Shown: one piece after another, positions 18,791 through 28,276 of the stretch | Layout of the letters: every line of letters begins with the position of its first letter | Numbering within the stretch: position 1 is the first letter of the stretch | Assembly: GCA_035938175.1 (NCBI GenBank) | Contig: DASZHD010000046.1 | Coordinates: forward strand, 9,294 to 73,293 | Source: Vulcanimicrobiaceae bacterium | Lineage (GTDB): Bacteria > Vulcanimicrobiota > Vulcanimicrobiia > Vulcanimicrobiales > Vulcanimicrobiaceae | Length of the DNA stretch: 64,000 bases | Direction: 5' to 3' | Notes under the pieces: generated by a model | Told to the model about the DNA's origin: nothing | The model's database searches: none | The model's input: the letters and a program-made list of their open reading frames with translations, nothing else | Translations under genes and position numbers: made by a program

Positions 18791-20014
18791 ATGGCCTACC
18801 GCAGACTGTTCACCAGCGAATCCGTTACCGAAGGGCATCCCGACAAGATCGCGGATCAAATTTCGGACGCCGTATTGGACGCCATTCTCAAAGACGATCC
18901 GAACGGGCGCGTGGCATGCGAGACGTTTGCCATCACCGGGCAAATTCACATCGCGGGCGAGATCACGACGACGACGTACGTCGATATTCCGCGCATCTGT
19001 CGCGAAGTCATTAAAGACATCGGCTATACCAAGTCCGCCGTCGGTTTCGATGCCGAGACGTGCGGCGTCAGCGTTTCGGTCGACGAGCAGTCGCCCGACA
19101 TTGCGATGGGCGTCGACAAGTCGCTGGAAGCCAAGGCCGGCGAACACCCCGACGACAAGTACGAACGCATCGGCGCGGGCGACCAGGGCATGATGTTCGG
19201 CTACGCGTGCCGCGACACCGAAGAATTGATGCCGCTGCCGATCGTCCTTGCGCACAATCTCACGCGTCATCTTTCCGCGGTCCGCAAGAACGGAGACATT
19301 CCGTACCTACGGCCCGACGGCAAGTCGCAGGTGACGGTCGAGTATGAAAACGACAAGCCCGTACGCGTGGAAGCTGTCGTCATTTCGACGCAGCACGATC
19401 CGGATATTCCGCTCGAAACCATTCGCGCGGAGATCACCGAAAAAGTGATCAATCACGTGATTCCGGAATCGCTGCGCGACGAGCGTACGCGCATTTACGT
19501 CAACCCGACCGGCCGCTTCGTCATCGGCGGTCCCAAGGGCGACGCCGGATTGACCGGCCGCAAGATCATTGCCGACACCTACGGCGGCATGGCGCGGCAC
19601 GGCGGCGGCGCGTTTTCGGGCAAGGATCCGACTAAGGTCGATCGTTCGGCCGCGTATGCGGCGCGTCACGTCGCAAAGAACGTCGTCGCCGCGGGACTCG
19701 CGGAGCGGTGCGAAGTGCAGGTTGCGTATGCAATCGGCGTCGCGCATCCGGTGAGCGTGCTCGTGGAAACATTCGGCACCGCGAAACTTCCGGAAGAACA
19801 GATCGCGGAACTCGTCAAGAAAATCTTCGACCTGCGGCCTGCCGCAATTATCGAGCGGCTGGATCTGCGCCGTCCGATTTACCGTCAGACCGCGTCGTAC
19901 GGTCACTTCGGACGGCCGGATTTGGATTTGCCGTGGGAACGCTTGGATAAGGTCGAGGCGTTGCGCACGGCCGCCGGCTTGGACGCGCTGAAAGTTCCGA
20001 GCTTCGCCAAGTAA
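18791..20014 (+). CDS. metK: S-adenosylmethionine synthase
   Basis: [53 protein letters not shown] use the internal ATG at 18791, just after the ahcY stop. Confidence 0.95.
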   Translation: MAYRRLFTSESVTEGHPDKIADQISDAVLDAILKDDPNGRVACETFAITGQIHIAGEITTTTYVDIPRICREVIKDIGYTKSAVGFDAETCGVSVSVDEQSPDIAMGVDKSLEAKAGEHPDDKYERIGAGDQGMMFGYACRDTEELMPLPIVLAHNLTRHLSAVRKNGDIPYLRPDGKSQVTVEYENDKPVRVEAVVISTQHDPDIPLETIRAEITEKVINHVIPESLRDERTRIYVNPTGRFVIGGPKGDAGLTGRKIIADTYGGMARHGGGAFSGKDPTKVDRSAAYAARHVAKNVVAAGLAERCEVQVAYAIGVAHPVSVLVETFGTAKLPEEQIAELVKKIFDLRPAAIIERLDLRRPIYRQTASYGHFGRPDLDLPWERLDKVEALRTAAGLDALKVPSFAK

Positions 20015-20020
20015 GCTTTC

Positions 20021-20105
20021 GTCATCCCGAGGTATCAGCGTGTCATCCCGAGGTATCCGCTTGTCATCCTGAGGTATCGAAGGACCCTGAGGTATCGAAG
20101 GGACC
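20021..20105 (+). repeat. 49-nt repeat family, divergent copies
   Basis: gtcatcccgaggtatc is repeated three times and ends in ctgaggtatcgaaggaccctgaggtatcgaagggacc, directly after the metK stop. Confidence 0.8.
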
Positions 20106-20235
20106 AACCATCATAAGCAGGGGGCCCGGTGCAACGCATCGGACCCCCTTTTCGTTATCTACAGCAGCAGGCTCACAAACGTGGGTAACATGGGACCGAC
20201 TCCACGGTTCCGCAAAGAAAGATTAAGGAGAACGC

Positions 20236-20829
20236 ATGACCCTGAGAAGCAGAATCCCGGCGCTGGCGATGATCGCGGCTTTTCTGATGCCTATCGCGGC
20301 CCTCGCGCAGACGGTTACGCTGTCGCAAGGCCAGACGCTCAACGTGCAATTCCAGAGTACGCTGAATTCCGGCAGCGCGTACGCGGGGGAGCACTTCGCC
20401 GCCCGCGTCGTGACGCCGTTCCCGAATGACGATCCGACGTTCGCAAACGCCGTGGTCAACGGCACGGTGATCAAAGTGGTACAGGCCGGCCAAGGCCGCA
20501 ACCCCGAGCTGCATCTGTCGTGGGACTCGGTCACACTGCAGAACGGCGCGACGTATCCCCTGAACGCCGAAATGACCAGCGGCGGCCCGAAACAGCAAAA
20601 CCGTAACGGCGGACACGTCGCCCTGACGACGATCGGCGGCATGATCGCCGGCAACATCATCGGCAAGACGATCTTCCACACGAGTGCGGGCGGCGCAATC
20701 GGTGCGGTCGGCGGCTTCTTGACCGGCTACAACAAGAAGTCGAACATTCAAGTAAGCCAAGGCGACCAGGTTCAGCTCACGCTCACGCGTCCGCTGATGG
20801 TTCGCCGCCAGGCATCGCGTCCGTACTAA
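20236..20829 (+). CDS. secreted protein with C-terminal glycine-zipper segment
   Basis: Signal peptide (IPALAMIAAFLMPIAALAQ). The C-terminus has GGMIAGNIIGK...AGGAIGAVGGFLTG. Confidence 0.6.
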   Translation: MTLRSRIPALAMIAAFLMPIAALAQTVTLSQGQTLNVQFQSTLNSGSAYAGEHFAARVVTPFPNDDPTFANAVVNGTVIKVVQAGQGRNPELHLSWDSVTLQNGATYPLNAEMTSGGPKQQNRNGGHVALTTIGGMIAGNIIGKTIFHTSAGGAIGAVGGFLTGYNKKSNIQVSQGDQVQLTLTRPLMVRRQASRPY

Positions 20830-20854
20830 CGGTCCGGTAACCGGCAAAAACGCA

Positions 20855-20888
20855 ACGGCTCTCCCGAATGGGAGGGCCGTTGTCGTTT
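20855..20888. terminator. bidirectional intrinsic terminator between convergent genes
   Basis: 11-bp stem (acggctctccc / gggagggccgt, with one G-U pair) and a GAAT loop. It has an A-run upstream and a T-rich tract downstream, and sits between the stops at 20829 (+) and 20887 (-). Confidence 0.5.
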
Positions 20889-22113
20889 AGCGGCGCTCTT
20901 GCCGAATCGCGGGCGAGGCAATCGCGGCGAACGCGAGCACCAAGTACCCGAACGCCGAGATTTCCATGGCGCGATGCGCGCCCCATTTGTCCGCGATGGT
21001 GCCGAACGCGATCACACCGGGCGCAATGCCGAACAACACGATCAGGCGTACCACACCGAACACGCGGCCGACCAGCTCTTCGGGAATCACGCGAAGCCGA
21101 AATCCCACGATTTGCGCAACTTCGAACTGCGCGCACGCATTGCCGATCGCCCAGAAGACGCCCGCGATCCACATGTTCTTGGTCAGGATTACCGGCAAGA
21201 ACAGCACCGCGTCGATCGCATACGCAACGCACAACGCGTATCCGAACGGCCAACGCGAGGCGAACTTTCCGGCAACTAGCGAGCCGCACACCGCTCCGCA
21301 TGCCGAGATCCCCAGAAATATTCCCACCTGCGCATCGGTCGCGTGAAAGCCGCCCTTTAAGAACGGAATCAGTACCGCGTAAGCGCCGAAACCGATCGTG
21401 TTCAGCGCAAAGCTGAAGAAGGTTTGGGCGCGCAGTCCGCGATCGGCCAGCAGCACCGAAAACCCAAGCCGCACGTCCTGCGTCACGTGACGCAGCGACG
21501 GAACGCCGTGCGTTTCGTGCGGACCCAGCGTCGGGATGCGCGCAAGCGAGAGCTGCGAGAGCAGATATGTCAGCGCGTTCGCCGCGAGCGCCGGGAACGG
21601 TCCGAAAATACTGAATAACGCGCCGCCGGCGACGGGCGTGATCAAGTTCGACGTATTCTCCGCCGCCGCCAGCGCCGCCACGGCTTGCGTCCCGCGATCG
21701 CGGCCCAAGAGGAACGGAATGCTGGATGCCTGACCGCCCATGAAGACGGCGGCGCAAATCGAGAGCAGCACGAGTCCGCCGTAGAGCATCGGAATCGTGA
21801 GCGCGTGCCGCGCGTAGAGCAGCGCAAAGAGTGCCATGATCGCGCAGCGCACCGCGTCCGTCCCGATCATCAGCGTGCGGCGATCCAGACGGTCCGCCAG
21901 CGAACCGCCGATTAAGCCGAAGACTGCAAACGGCGCGATTTCGCAGATGTACGAAACGCCCGTCGATAGCGCGGAACCCGTCAGCCGGTAGACTAGCAGC
22001 GGCACGGCCAGCGTGCGCAGGCCGTCGCCAATCAAGCTGAGCGTTTGTCCGGCGTAATATTGTCGAAAGCTGCGGGACGAAAAGATCCCCGGCGCAGCTC
22101 TTTGGGAAACCAT
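20887..22113 (-). CDS. MFS transporter
   Basis: 408 aa with about 12 hydrophobic helices. An MFS loop 2-3 motif-like segment is present (GGSLADRLDRR). Confidence 0.85.
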   Translation of the reverse strand: MVSQRAAPGIFSSRSFRQYYAGQTLSLIGDGLRTLAVPLLVYRLTGSALSTGVSYICEIAPFAVFGLIGGSLADRLDRRTLMIGTDAVRCAIMALFALLYARHALTIPMLYGGLVLLSICAAVFMGGQASSIPFLLGRDRGTQAVAALAAAENTSNLITPVAGGALFSIFGPFPALAANALTYLLSQLSLARIPTLGPHETHGVPSLRHVTQDVRLGFSVLLADRGLRAQTFFSFALNTIGFGAYAVLIPFLKGGFHATDAQVGIFLGISACGAVCGSLVAGKFASRWPFGYALCVAYAIDAVLFLPVILTKNMWIAGVFWAIGNACAQFEVAQIVGFRLRVIPEELVGRVFGVVRLIVLFGIAPGVIAFGTIADKWGAHRAMEISAFGYLVLAFAAIASPAIRQERR

Positions 22114-22145
22114 TGGACTACTCCAATTGCACTTTGGCCGCCGGT

Positions 22146-22185
22146 AAAAACGAAGAACCCCCGCGCGCGCGAGGGTTCTTAAAAA
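22146..22185 (-). terminator. intrinsic terminator downstream of the substrate-binding-protein gene
   Basis: On the minus strand, a GC-rich hairpin (aagaaccc...gggttctt, stems at 22153-60 and 22173-80) is followed by cgttttta. Confidence 0.55.
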
Positions 22186-22312
22186 ACCTCACTTGCGTGC
22201 TGCGATACGCGCTTCAACGTTCCGGATAGGACCGGACTCGTTGTTGAAGACGAACGCTGCTAACGCATAGTGACGGTGATTGTACCCTTTGTTGTAAAGG
22301 TTGTCAAACGCG

Positions 22313-23875
22313 CTATAGCGACCACTGCCAGACGTTGGCATATGGTGAAGTGGGCGAGGGCCGGAAATCGTGCAACTGTTTTGGCACGATGTAGATTGGA
22401 TTGTTCGCCCACAGCGCAAGCAGCGGTGATTGCTCCGCGAGGCGATGCTGCACGATCGATGCAAATCGCTTGCGCGAGTTGGCGTCGTACGTTTTAAGAT
22501 CCGCGTCTTCGGCGCGCTCGACGACCGGATCGCAGAAGCGCGCCGTGTTAAAACCGTTCGGTGGGGCGTACGCGCACGAGAGAACCCACTGCGTGTTCGG
22601 ATCGACGGTATTGTAGAGCTCGATGAATGCCAGCTGAAATTTTCCGCCGAAAAACGGGCCGCCCGCAACGGCGGGAGCACGAAACATTTGCGGTGTGTAC
22701 GCATGGAGCGTAACCTCGACGCCCGCGTCCTGTAATTGGCGCTGGATTTGTACGGCGACGGATGCGGACGTCGCAATGCCCGACTCGTAGATGAACGTCA
22801 GCGATCGAATGCCGGCGGCTTGGAGCGCGGTACGCGCACGATCGACATCGTACGGCGGCGGCGTGGCCGACGGATCGTATGCCCAACTGAAAAGCCCGCG
22901 GTTCGCGTCTTTGGCGGATTGTGTGCCTTTCGTGGCGTCGCGGACGAGAACCGGAACGTTCAGCGCTTGGACGACGGCGCGGCGAATCGCCGCACTTTTC
23001 ATGGTGGGATCGGACGTATTGAAAATTAGAACGCCGAACCCGGCAAACGGCGCCCTTACGACCTGTACTTGCGGGATCGATTCATACTCGGAGATATGCA
23101 CCGGATCCGCAAAGAAATATGCTTGCACTTCGCGCGTGCGGAGCTGATTGAGAATCGTGTTCGAGTTAGCGATGAATTTGAGCGTGATCGTCGCTATGGC
23201 GGGTCTGCCCCGGAAATAGGCGTCATTACGCGTCAGCGTCAAGTGATCGCCGCGCGCCCACTGCGTGACGCGATACGGCCCGGAGCCGACGGGCATTGCA
23301 TTAAACGGGGTTTCGTTCAAATCGGCATAGTTGCGCAGCAGGTGCTCGGGCAATATTCCGTAGTTCTGATCCGGCGCGAAGAAATTACTGAGAATCGGCG
23401 AGTACGGAGCGCGCAGTCGAACGCGGACCGTGTACGGATCGATGGCCGTGACGCTTTGTACGCGTTCGTAGCCGTATCGCGATAAGACGTTATTCCGCCG
23501 GTTCATGATTGCGCGATACGTAAAGACTACATCGCGTGCCGTCACCGGCGCGCCGTCTTGCCACTTGGCGTTCGTTCGCAGATGATAGGTGATCGACAGT
23601 CCATCGGGCGAGACGCCGCCGTTGCGGCGTGACGGAACGACCGACGCGAGGTCCGGCACGAAATTTCCGCGTTCGTCATAGCCGAGCAGGTAGGAGTAGA
23701 TCAGCGGGTCCAGCGTCGTTGCAGCGGGCCCTTCCACCAAGATCGTGTTGAGCGTTCGCGGCTCGCGCGGTTCGGCGATCGTCAGCCCACCGCCGCCGGC
23801 GGTGGATTGCTGCGCTGCCGAGTGGCATGCCGTGAGTAAGCAAGTGAGGATAAGCGCAATCGCAGAGCGTCGCAA
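22313..23875 (-). CDS. ABC transporter substrate-binding lipoprotein, family 5 (peptide/nickel type)
   Basis: 520 aa with a lipobox (LILTCLLTAC). SBP_bac_5-like features (WQDGAPVTARDVVFTY; NPIYIVPKQL). No permease or ATPase gene lies adjacent, so it is an orphan. Confidence 0.85.
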   Translation of the reverse strand: MRRSAIALILTCLLTACHSAAQQSTAGGGGLTIAEPREPRTLNTILVEGPAATTLDPLIYSYLLGYDERGNFVPDLASVVPSRRNGGVSPDGLSITYHLRTNAKWQDGAPVTARDVVFTYRAIMNRRNNVLSRYGYERVQSVTAIDPYTVRVRLRAPYSPILSNFFAPDQNYGILPEHLLRNYADLNETPFNAMPVGSGPYRVTQWARGDHLTLTRNDAYFRGRPAIATITLKFIANSNTILNQLRTREVQAYFFADPVHISEYESIPQVQVVRAPFAGFGVLIFNTSDPTMKSAAIRRAVVQALNVPVLVRDATKGTQSAKDANRGLFSWAYDPSATPPPYDVDRARTALQAAGIRSLTFIYESGIATSASVAVQIQRQLQDAGVEVTLHAYTPQMFRAPAVAGGPFFGGKFQLAFIELYNTVDPNTQWVLSCAYAPPNGFNTARFCDPVVERAEDADLKTYDANSRKRFASIVQHRLAEQSPLLALWANNPIYIVPKQLHDFRPSPTSPYANVWQWSL

Positions 23876-24014
23876 AGGTGCCCCTTCCGTGCTGAGTGCG
23901 GCGGTATTCGGCTTCGCGCAGGGATCCCCGCGCTCGGTAAAATTCCGGTCAGGCGGCGGGTAAAGACCGGAGGAGGCCCGCTTGGGATGGCCAATATCCG
24001 CGGGTCGCCGACGT

Positions 24015-24090
24015 TCCGGATTAGCTCAGTTGGTAGAGCAGCTGACTGTTAATCAGCGGGTCGCTGGTTCGAGTCCAGCATCCGGAGCCA
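24015..24090 (+). tRNA. tRNA-Asn (anticodon GTT)
   Basis: 76 nt. Acceptor stem tccggat/atccgga, D-loop agctcagttggtagagc, anticodon loop ctGTTaa, T-arm ggttcgagtcc, encoded CCA. Confidence 0.95.
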
Positions 24091-24093
24091 TTG

Positions 24094-24130
24094 AAGCAGA
24101 AGCCCTCGCAATGCGGGGGCTTCTGCTTTT
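24094..24130 (+). terminator. intrinsic terminator after tRNA-Asn
   Basis: 12-bp perfect stem (aagcagaagccc at 24094-105 with gggcttctgctt at 24117-128) followed by a T-run. Confidence 0.7.
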
Positions 24131-24435
24131 ATCGTTGCGATGCTCGGACGTAGAAACCGTCAGGGTGAGCAGCGCTGCGTGGCAGCGCGTGTCGAACCAA
24201 GAGTCCATCATCCTCCACTCACGGCGGTGCCGTTTTTGGCTTGGCGCAGCGCCGCCGCCTTTCTGTTGCACGGGTAGCGGGGATTTGCGCACGGGAAGCT
24301 GCCAAATCGTTCGCGATTCTAAGTTATCCTACTGCATTTTGAGATTGACACTGTCCCTTACTTTGTACGCAATCGGCTAGCCGCACGCGTGGAAATATAA
24401 TTTCGTCTTACAGTGTAGTCCTCGCGCCTTTACAC

Positions 24436-24756
24436 TTACGGACCATACTGTGCTTTCGCCCTTTTCGGGTGAATAGGCGCGCACAGCACAATAGAACACG
24501 ATGAGTGCTGTTGCAGCAGATCACCCCAATCAAGACCCGAAAGGAAATATTTCCGACCGATACGATGTATCAAAGGCCTACTTGTATGCAACAAGCGTTC
24601 GAACGACTCCGAATCACCAGTTCTTGCATGCCCGATTAGCCGGTACGTTTCGTAAAGCGCTTGGAATGCGCGGCGGTCACTTGCCCGACTTCCGAGTAAG
24701 TGCAAAGTCGCGTCAATGGTGGATGATGCAAATTGCGAGTACGTAGTGTTGTTCAC
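24436..24756 (-). pseudogene. truncated sigma-70-family factor (region 2 fragment only)
   Basis: HARTGDSESFERLLHTSRPLIHRIGRKYFLSGLDWGDLLQQ resembles sigma region 2.1-2.2 (GD..AFE.L....RPL......KYF..G.D.EDLIQEG). The ORF ends about 20 codons later, without regions 2.4, 3 or 4. Confidence 0.4.
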
Positions 24757-25016
24757 ATGCTTTTCGCAACCGTCTTGAGCGACGACCAGTCCCGTTCTCG
24801 CAGCTTCAGCGGCAACTACTCGGCTCTACAGCCACATCGTCCGGTAACTTCCGGTTGCTCATCCTATGATGGGCATTCGTGGCTTGGATTTGGCGCAGTC
24901 ACGGTCGTTTTTCGGCGGCCGCTCGCTTTGCAGGTCAACGTCTCTGAGGTTTGCTCGCGACCCGGTAGGGTTGCTATTTTTCGAGAAGTATATCAAATGC
25001 GTTTCAGCATAGTACA

Positions 25017-25418
25017 ATGAACCGGTCCGAAAACATGCGGCGGATTCGAAGTCGCAATACCGTACCCGAGCTGATGCTCCGAAAGGCGCTTTACGCGCGA
25101 GGGTTGCGCTATCGGTGTCACGTTAGGTCACTTCCGGGCAGTCCAGATATCGTATTCGCTCGGCAGCGCACTGCGCTATTCGTGCATGGATGTTTTTGGC
25201 ACCGCCATCCGGGTTGCCGAGCTTGCACGACACCTCGGACGAATTCGGACTTCTGGAACGCAAAGTTTAGAGAGAATGTTGCCCGCGATCAACGAGACCT
25301 CGCTTTACTTGCTGCATCAGGTTGGAAAGTTATGATCGTGTGGGAGTGCGAGATCGCTTCGCGGCCATTTGCGTGCGCCGATAGGATCATCGAAGAACTC
25401 CTTCGTCGAGAACCGTAG
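25017..25418 (+). CDS. vsr: very-short-patch repair endonuclease
   Basis: 133 aa. NMRRIRSRNTVPELMLRKAL, PGSPDIVF, ALFVHGCFWHRH, NSDFWNAKF..N..RD and IVWECE are classic Vsr motifs. Confidence 0.9.
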   Translation: MNRSENMRRIRSRNTVPELMLRKALYARGLRYRCHVRSLPGSPDIVFARQRTALFVHGCFWHRHPGCRACTTPRTNSDFWNAKFRENVARDQRDLALLAASGWKVMIVWECEIASRPFACADRIIEELLRREP

Positions 25419-25811
25419 CTCATAAAGCGCACCTCAGGTGCCCTGCGTTATGAGCGGCACGCACAAGGAGCATGGTAGCGATTACCGAACTACGTCAGCT
25501 CGGCGCCACTTGTAAGGCGGCGCTGAATCGCGGCGTGTTCGTGGCTGAGGAATTCACATTGTATTTCTACCGTCACGCGGGGAGTGCTCTGCGATCTGTT
25601 TTACGGATCGTTGTTGAACCGCGTAACGCTGTCGAAGGGACCGCATCTGAATTTCAGTGTGTTCGGCGGCACGAATGGGATCGGTGTAATAACAGCTGGC
25701 GATGAAGGCGCCTTCGCTCAAGCATGAAGCAATCCAAGAGCGTAATACGCTGAACATAAATGCTTTGCGGCATGCCAGCCGTATGGCACACTTCCGCGCT
25801 AGCCTTGGGAT

Positions 25812-27257
25812 ATGAAGGTGCCATCTAACGCGACGGGCTTATCGCTGCTGGGCGATCGGGCTGAGGCAGATCGCATCATCGAACAGGCCGTCCGGTCGTG
25901 CCAGACCACACGGGGCAATGGTTCGTATGATCCGCGCGATGCGGAACGCGTCTATTTTCGCATGACTCGTCGGCCGGGCCATCCCCGGTCCATAGGACGA
26001 GCGTTAACTCAAATAGCTCGTCGTTTTTGCAAAGAAGCTGAAATCTCGTGTGCCGCGTGTCCTATTCGCCAGTTTTGCGAAACGGGCCGCTCGAATAGCA
26101 ATGAGCATCCCGCTGTCCCTTTCATCGACCTCTTTTGCGGTGCAGGGGGGTTTTCTTTAGGTTTTGAGGCGCTTGGATTTACGCCAGCGCTCTCAATTGA
26201 CCACGACCCATCGGCTGTGAGGACGTATAACTTTAATCGCCTGACGTCCGGCGGTCACGGCATACTTGCTGACATAGAAGACGTCGCTTACGACACAAGT
26301 CTTAGAGGCTTGGCGCCGCTAATCATAGGCGGTCCACCCTGTCAGCCATTCAGCATGGCAAATCGACAGCGCGCAGCATCCGATCAACGTGATCGCTTAA
26401 TCGATGTTTTCCTGCACGCAACTATGACGTCTCAAGCGAAAGTCTTCGTAATTGAGAATGTTGCGGGCGTAAGGCAACGCGAAGAAGTGATCAAGTCCTT
26501 CGGCGAGCGGGTCGGGTATGTCATCTTTCAGCGCGAAATTAATGCTAGTGATGTCGGTGTTCCGCAAAACCGCAACCGTACGTTTATTTTTGGCGTCAAA
26601 GCAAAAACGTGCGCTCAGCATAGCGAAGTAGAGGCGACATTTCTAAGGTTACTTTCCGAGCAGAGGCTGCTCCTAAAGACAGCACTGCGCGATGCCATAC
26701 GTGACCTCCCGGCGTTGAGAGCACCTTATCAGAGTAATGCGACAGTAGCTGATTCCGAGACGGTGGGCTTTGCCGTGGCGCCGTTTCATGGCGGCACGTT
26801 GTCGCAATACACCGAGATGTTGAATGGCGGCAAAAATCCTCAATTTCTTTTTAATCACCGGGCGAAGTATTTGAACGGCCGTGACCGAGAGATATACCGG
26901 CTGTTACGCCCTGGAGAGAAATCTGACGCGGATAGCATAGCACATATAATGCCGTACAAGCATCGCGCGCATCTATTTCGCGATAAATTTTATCGACTTA
27001 AGTGGACCGACGTGAGTAAGACGATCACTGCGCATATGTACTACGATTGCCACATGTATATTCATCCGACTCAAGCGCGCGGCCTAACACCTCGTGAGGC
27101 CGCGAGGATACAGGGCTTCCCTGATTCATACTTCTTTGTGGGTCGTCCAAATGAGTGGTATCGGCAGATTGGGAATGCTGTAAGCCCGATCGTTGCGGGG
27201 GAGGTTGCTCGCATTGCGCATGGGCTACTTGCGCTTTTCGGGGAAACTGATCGTTAA
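25812..27257 (+). CDS. DNA (cytosine-5)-methyltransferase with ~100-aa N-terminal extension carrying an EndoIII-type Cys loop
   Basis: Motif I FIDLFCGAGGFSLG, motif IV GGPPCQPFS, motif VI ENV, motif VIII QNRNRTFIFG, TPREAARIQGFPD, and motif X QIGNAVSP. The N-terminus carries CKEAEISCAACPIRQFC. Confidence 0.9.
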   Translation: MKVPSNATGLSLLGDRAEADRIIEQAVRSCQTTRGNGSYDPRDAERVYFRMTRRPGHPRSIGRALTQIARRFCKEAEISCAACPIRQFCETGRSNSNEHPAVPFIDLFCGAGGFSLGFEALGFTPALSIDHDPSAVRTYNFNRLTSGGHGILADIEDVAYDTSLRGLAPLIIGGPPCQPFSMANRQRAASDQRDRLIDVFLHATMTSQAKVFVIENVAGVRQREEVIKSFGERVGYVIFQREINASDVGVPQNRNRTFIFGVKAKTCAQHSEVEATFLRLLSEQRLLLKTALRDAIRDLPALRAPYQSNATVADSETVGFAVAPFHGGTLSQYTEMLNGGKNPQFLFNHRAKYLNGRDREIYRLLRPGEKSDADSIAHIMPYKHRAHLFRDKFYRLKWTDVSKTITAHMYYDCHMYIHPTQARGLTPREAARIQGFPDSYFFVGRPNEWYRQIGNAVSPIVAGEVARIAHGLLALFGETDR

Positions 27258-28255
27258 TGCGAGCATTCGACGCATTCTCAGGAATCGGAGGGTTTCACGA
27301 GGCACTCCGTAGCTCGCGCAATCTCAAAGGCGTTATGGTGCGCGCAGCGGTAGATTCTGATCCCGCATGCAAATTGGTATATCAACGTTCATTCGGTGAA
27401 CACGGCATTTTTTTTAACGATATATTCGACATCGGTATAGGAGACCGTGAGGGTCGCGACTTGGGCGCTGTTGATTTGATAATGGCCGGTTTTCCGTGCC
27501 AACCGTTCGCGAACATTGGGAGGAGGGGCGGGATGGATGACCCTCGGGCGCGGACGTTCCTTCATCTCGTGGACATTCTAAAGACGTATCAACCGAAGTA
27601 TGCCGTGCTAGAGAACGTCCAAAAACTCTCGAGTTTTGACAGTGGCGGAACGTATCGGGCAGTTTTGACCGCTTTAACTGCTGCCGGCTATCACGTGGAG
27701 CCTTTGGATCTTTGTGCGTCGGATTTCGGTGTTCCGCAACAGCGTAGGCGACTGTATTTTGCCTGCGTTCATAAGCGTTTTAGAAAACTACCCTTTAAGC
27801 ATCGGCTTCCTCGGCGCCATGGCCGGTTTCGCACTACGTGGCATCTATTGGAAAAAACTATGCCTGACCAGCATATTGTACCGCCTATGACTAGCCGCAC
27901 CGTTTTCAAGCGGAACACGCGATGGCAAGGTGACTTGCAGATAGATCGTGTGATCGCCCGGCCGATATGCGCCACGATGGGCAAGTGGCATCGTGCAAAT
28001 CAAGACAATTACTACTCCGAATCTTACGTCTTCGGTCCACAACCAACGGGTTGGGGAGGTGGCCGTGATTACAGGCACGGCGAGCCAGTGCGCCGTATAA
28101 CGCCGCTTGAAGGCTTGCGACTCCAAGGGTTTCAAGACGATTTCCTACGCGCATTCGAGGGAATATCAAATACAACGGCCTATCGACTTATCGGGAACGC
28201 CGTAGCGGTCCCCGTAGCGCAATCTGTGCTTGAATGGCTGCTCGCCAATGACTAG
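27257..28255 (+). CDS. DNA (cytosine-5)-methyltransferase (second, shorter)
   Basis: AFDAFSGIGGF, GFPCQPFA, ENV, QQRRRLYF, TPLEGLRLQGFQDDF and LIGNAVAVPV. TAATG start/stop overlap with the upstream methyltransferase. Confidence 0.9.
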   Translation: MRAFDAFSGIGGFHEALRSSRNLKGVMVRAAVDSDPACKLVYQRSFGEHGIFFNDIFDIGIGDREGRDLGAVDLIMAGFPCQPFANIGRRGGMDDPRARTFLHLVDILKTYQPKYAVLENVQKLSSFDSGGTYRAVLTALTAAGYHVEPLDLCASDFGVPQQRRRLYFACVHKRFRKLPFKHRLPRRHGRFRTTWHLLEKTMPDQHIVPPMTSRTVFKRNTRWQGDLQIDRVIARPICATMGKWHRANQDNYYSESYVFGPQPTGWGGGRDYRHGEPVRRITPLEGLRLQGFQDDFLRAFEGISNTTAYRLIGNAVAVPVAQSVLEWLLAND

Positions 28256-28276
28256 CTTGGAATTGCTCATAGTACG

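Noticed and set aside
24131-25016. Integrase gene or att direct repeat expected next to a tRNA-linked island.
   Set aside because: No tyrosine or serine recombinase motifs appear in any frame. I saw no repeat of the tRNA 3' end by eye, so the island is described as integrase-less.
25472-25757. ORFs 25472..25705 (+) and 25554..25757 (-) between vsr and the first methyltransferase, considered as a possible controller (C) protein.
   Set aside because: There is no HTH pattern, the two ORFs overlap each other, and there is no RBS. This is probably non-coding promoter region.
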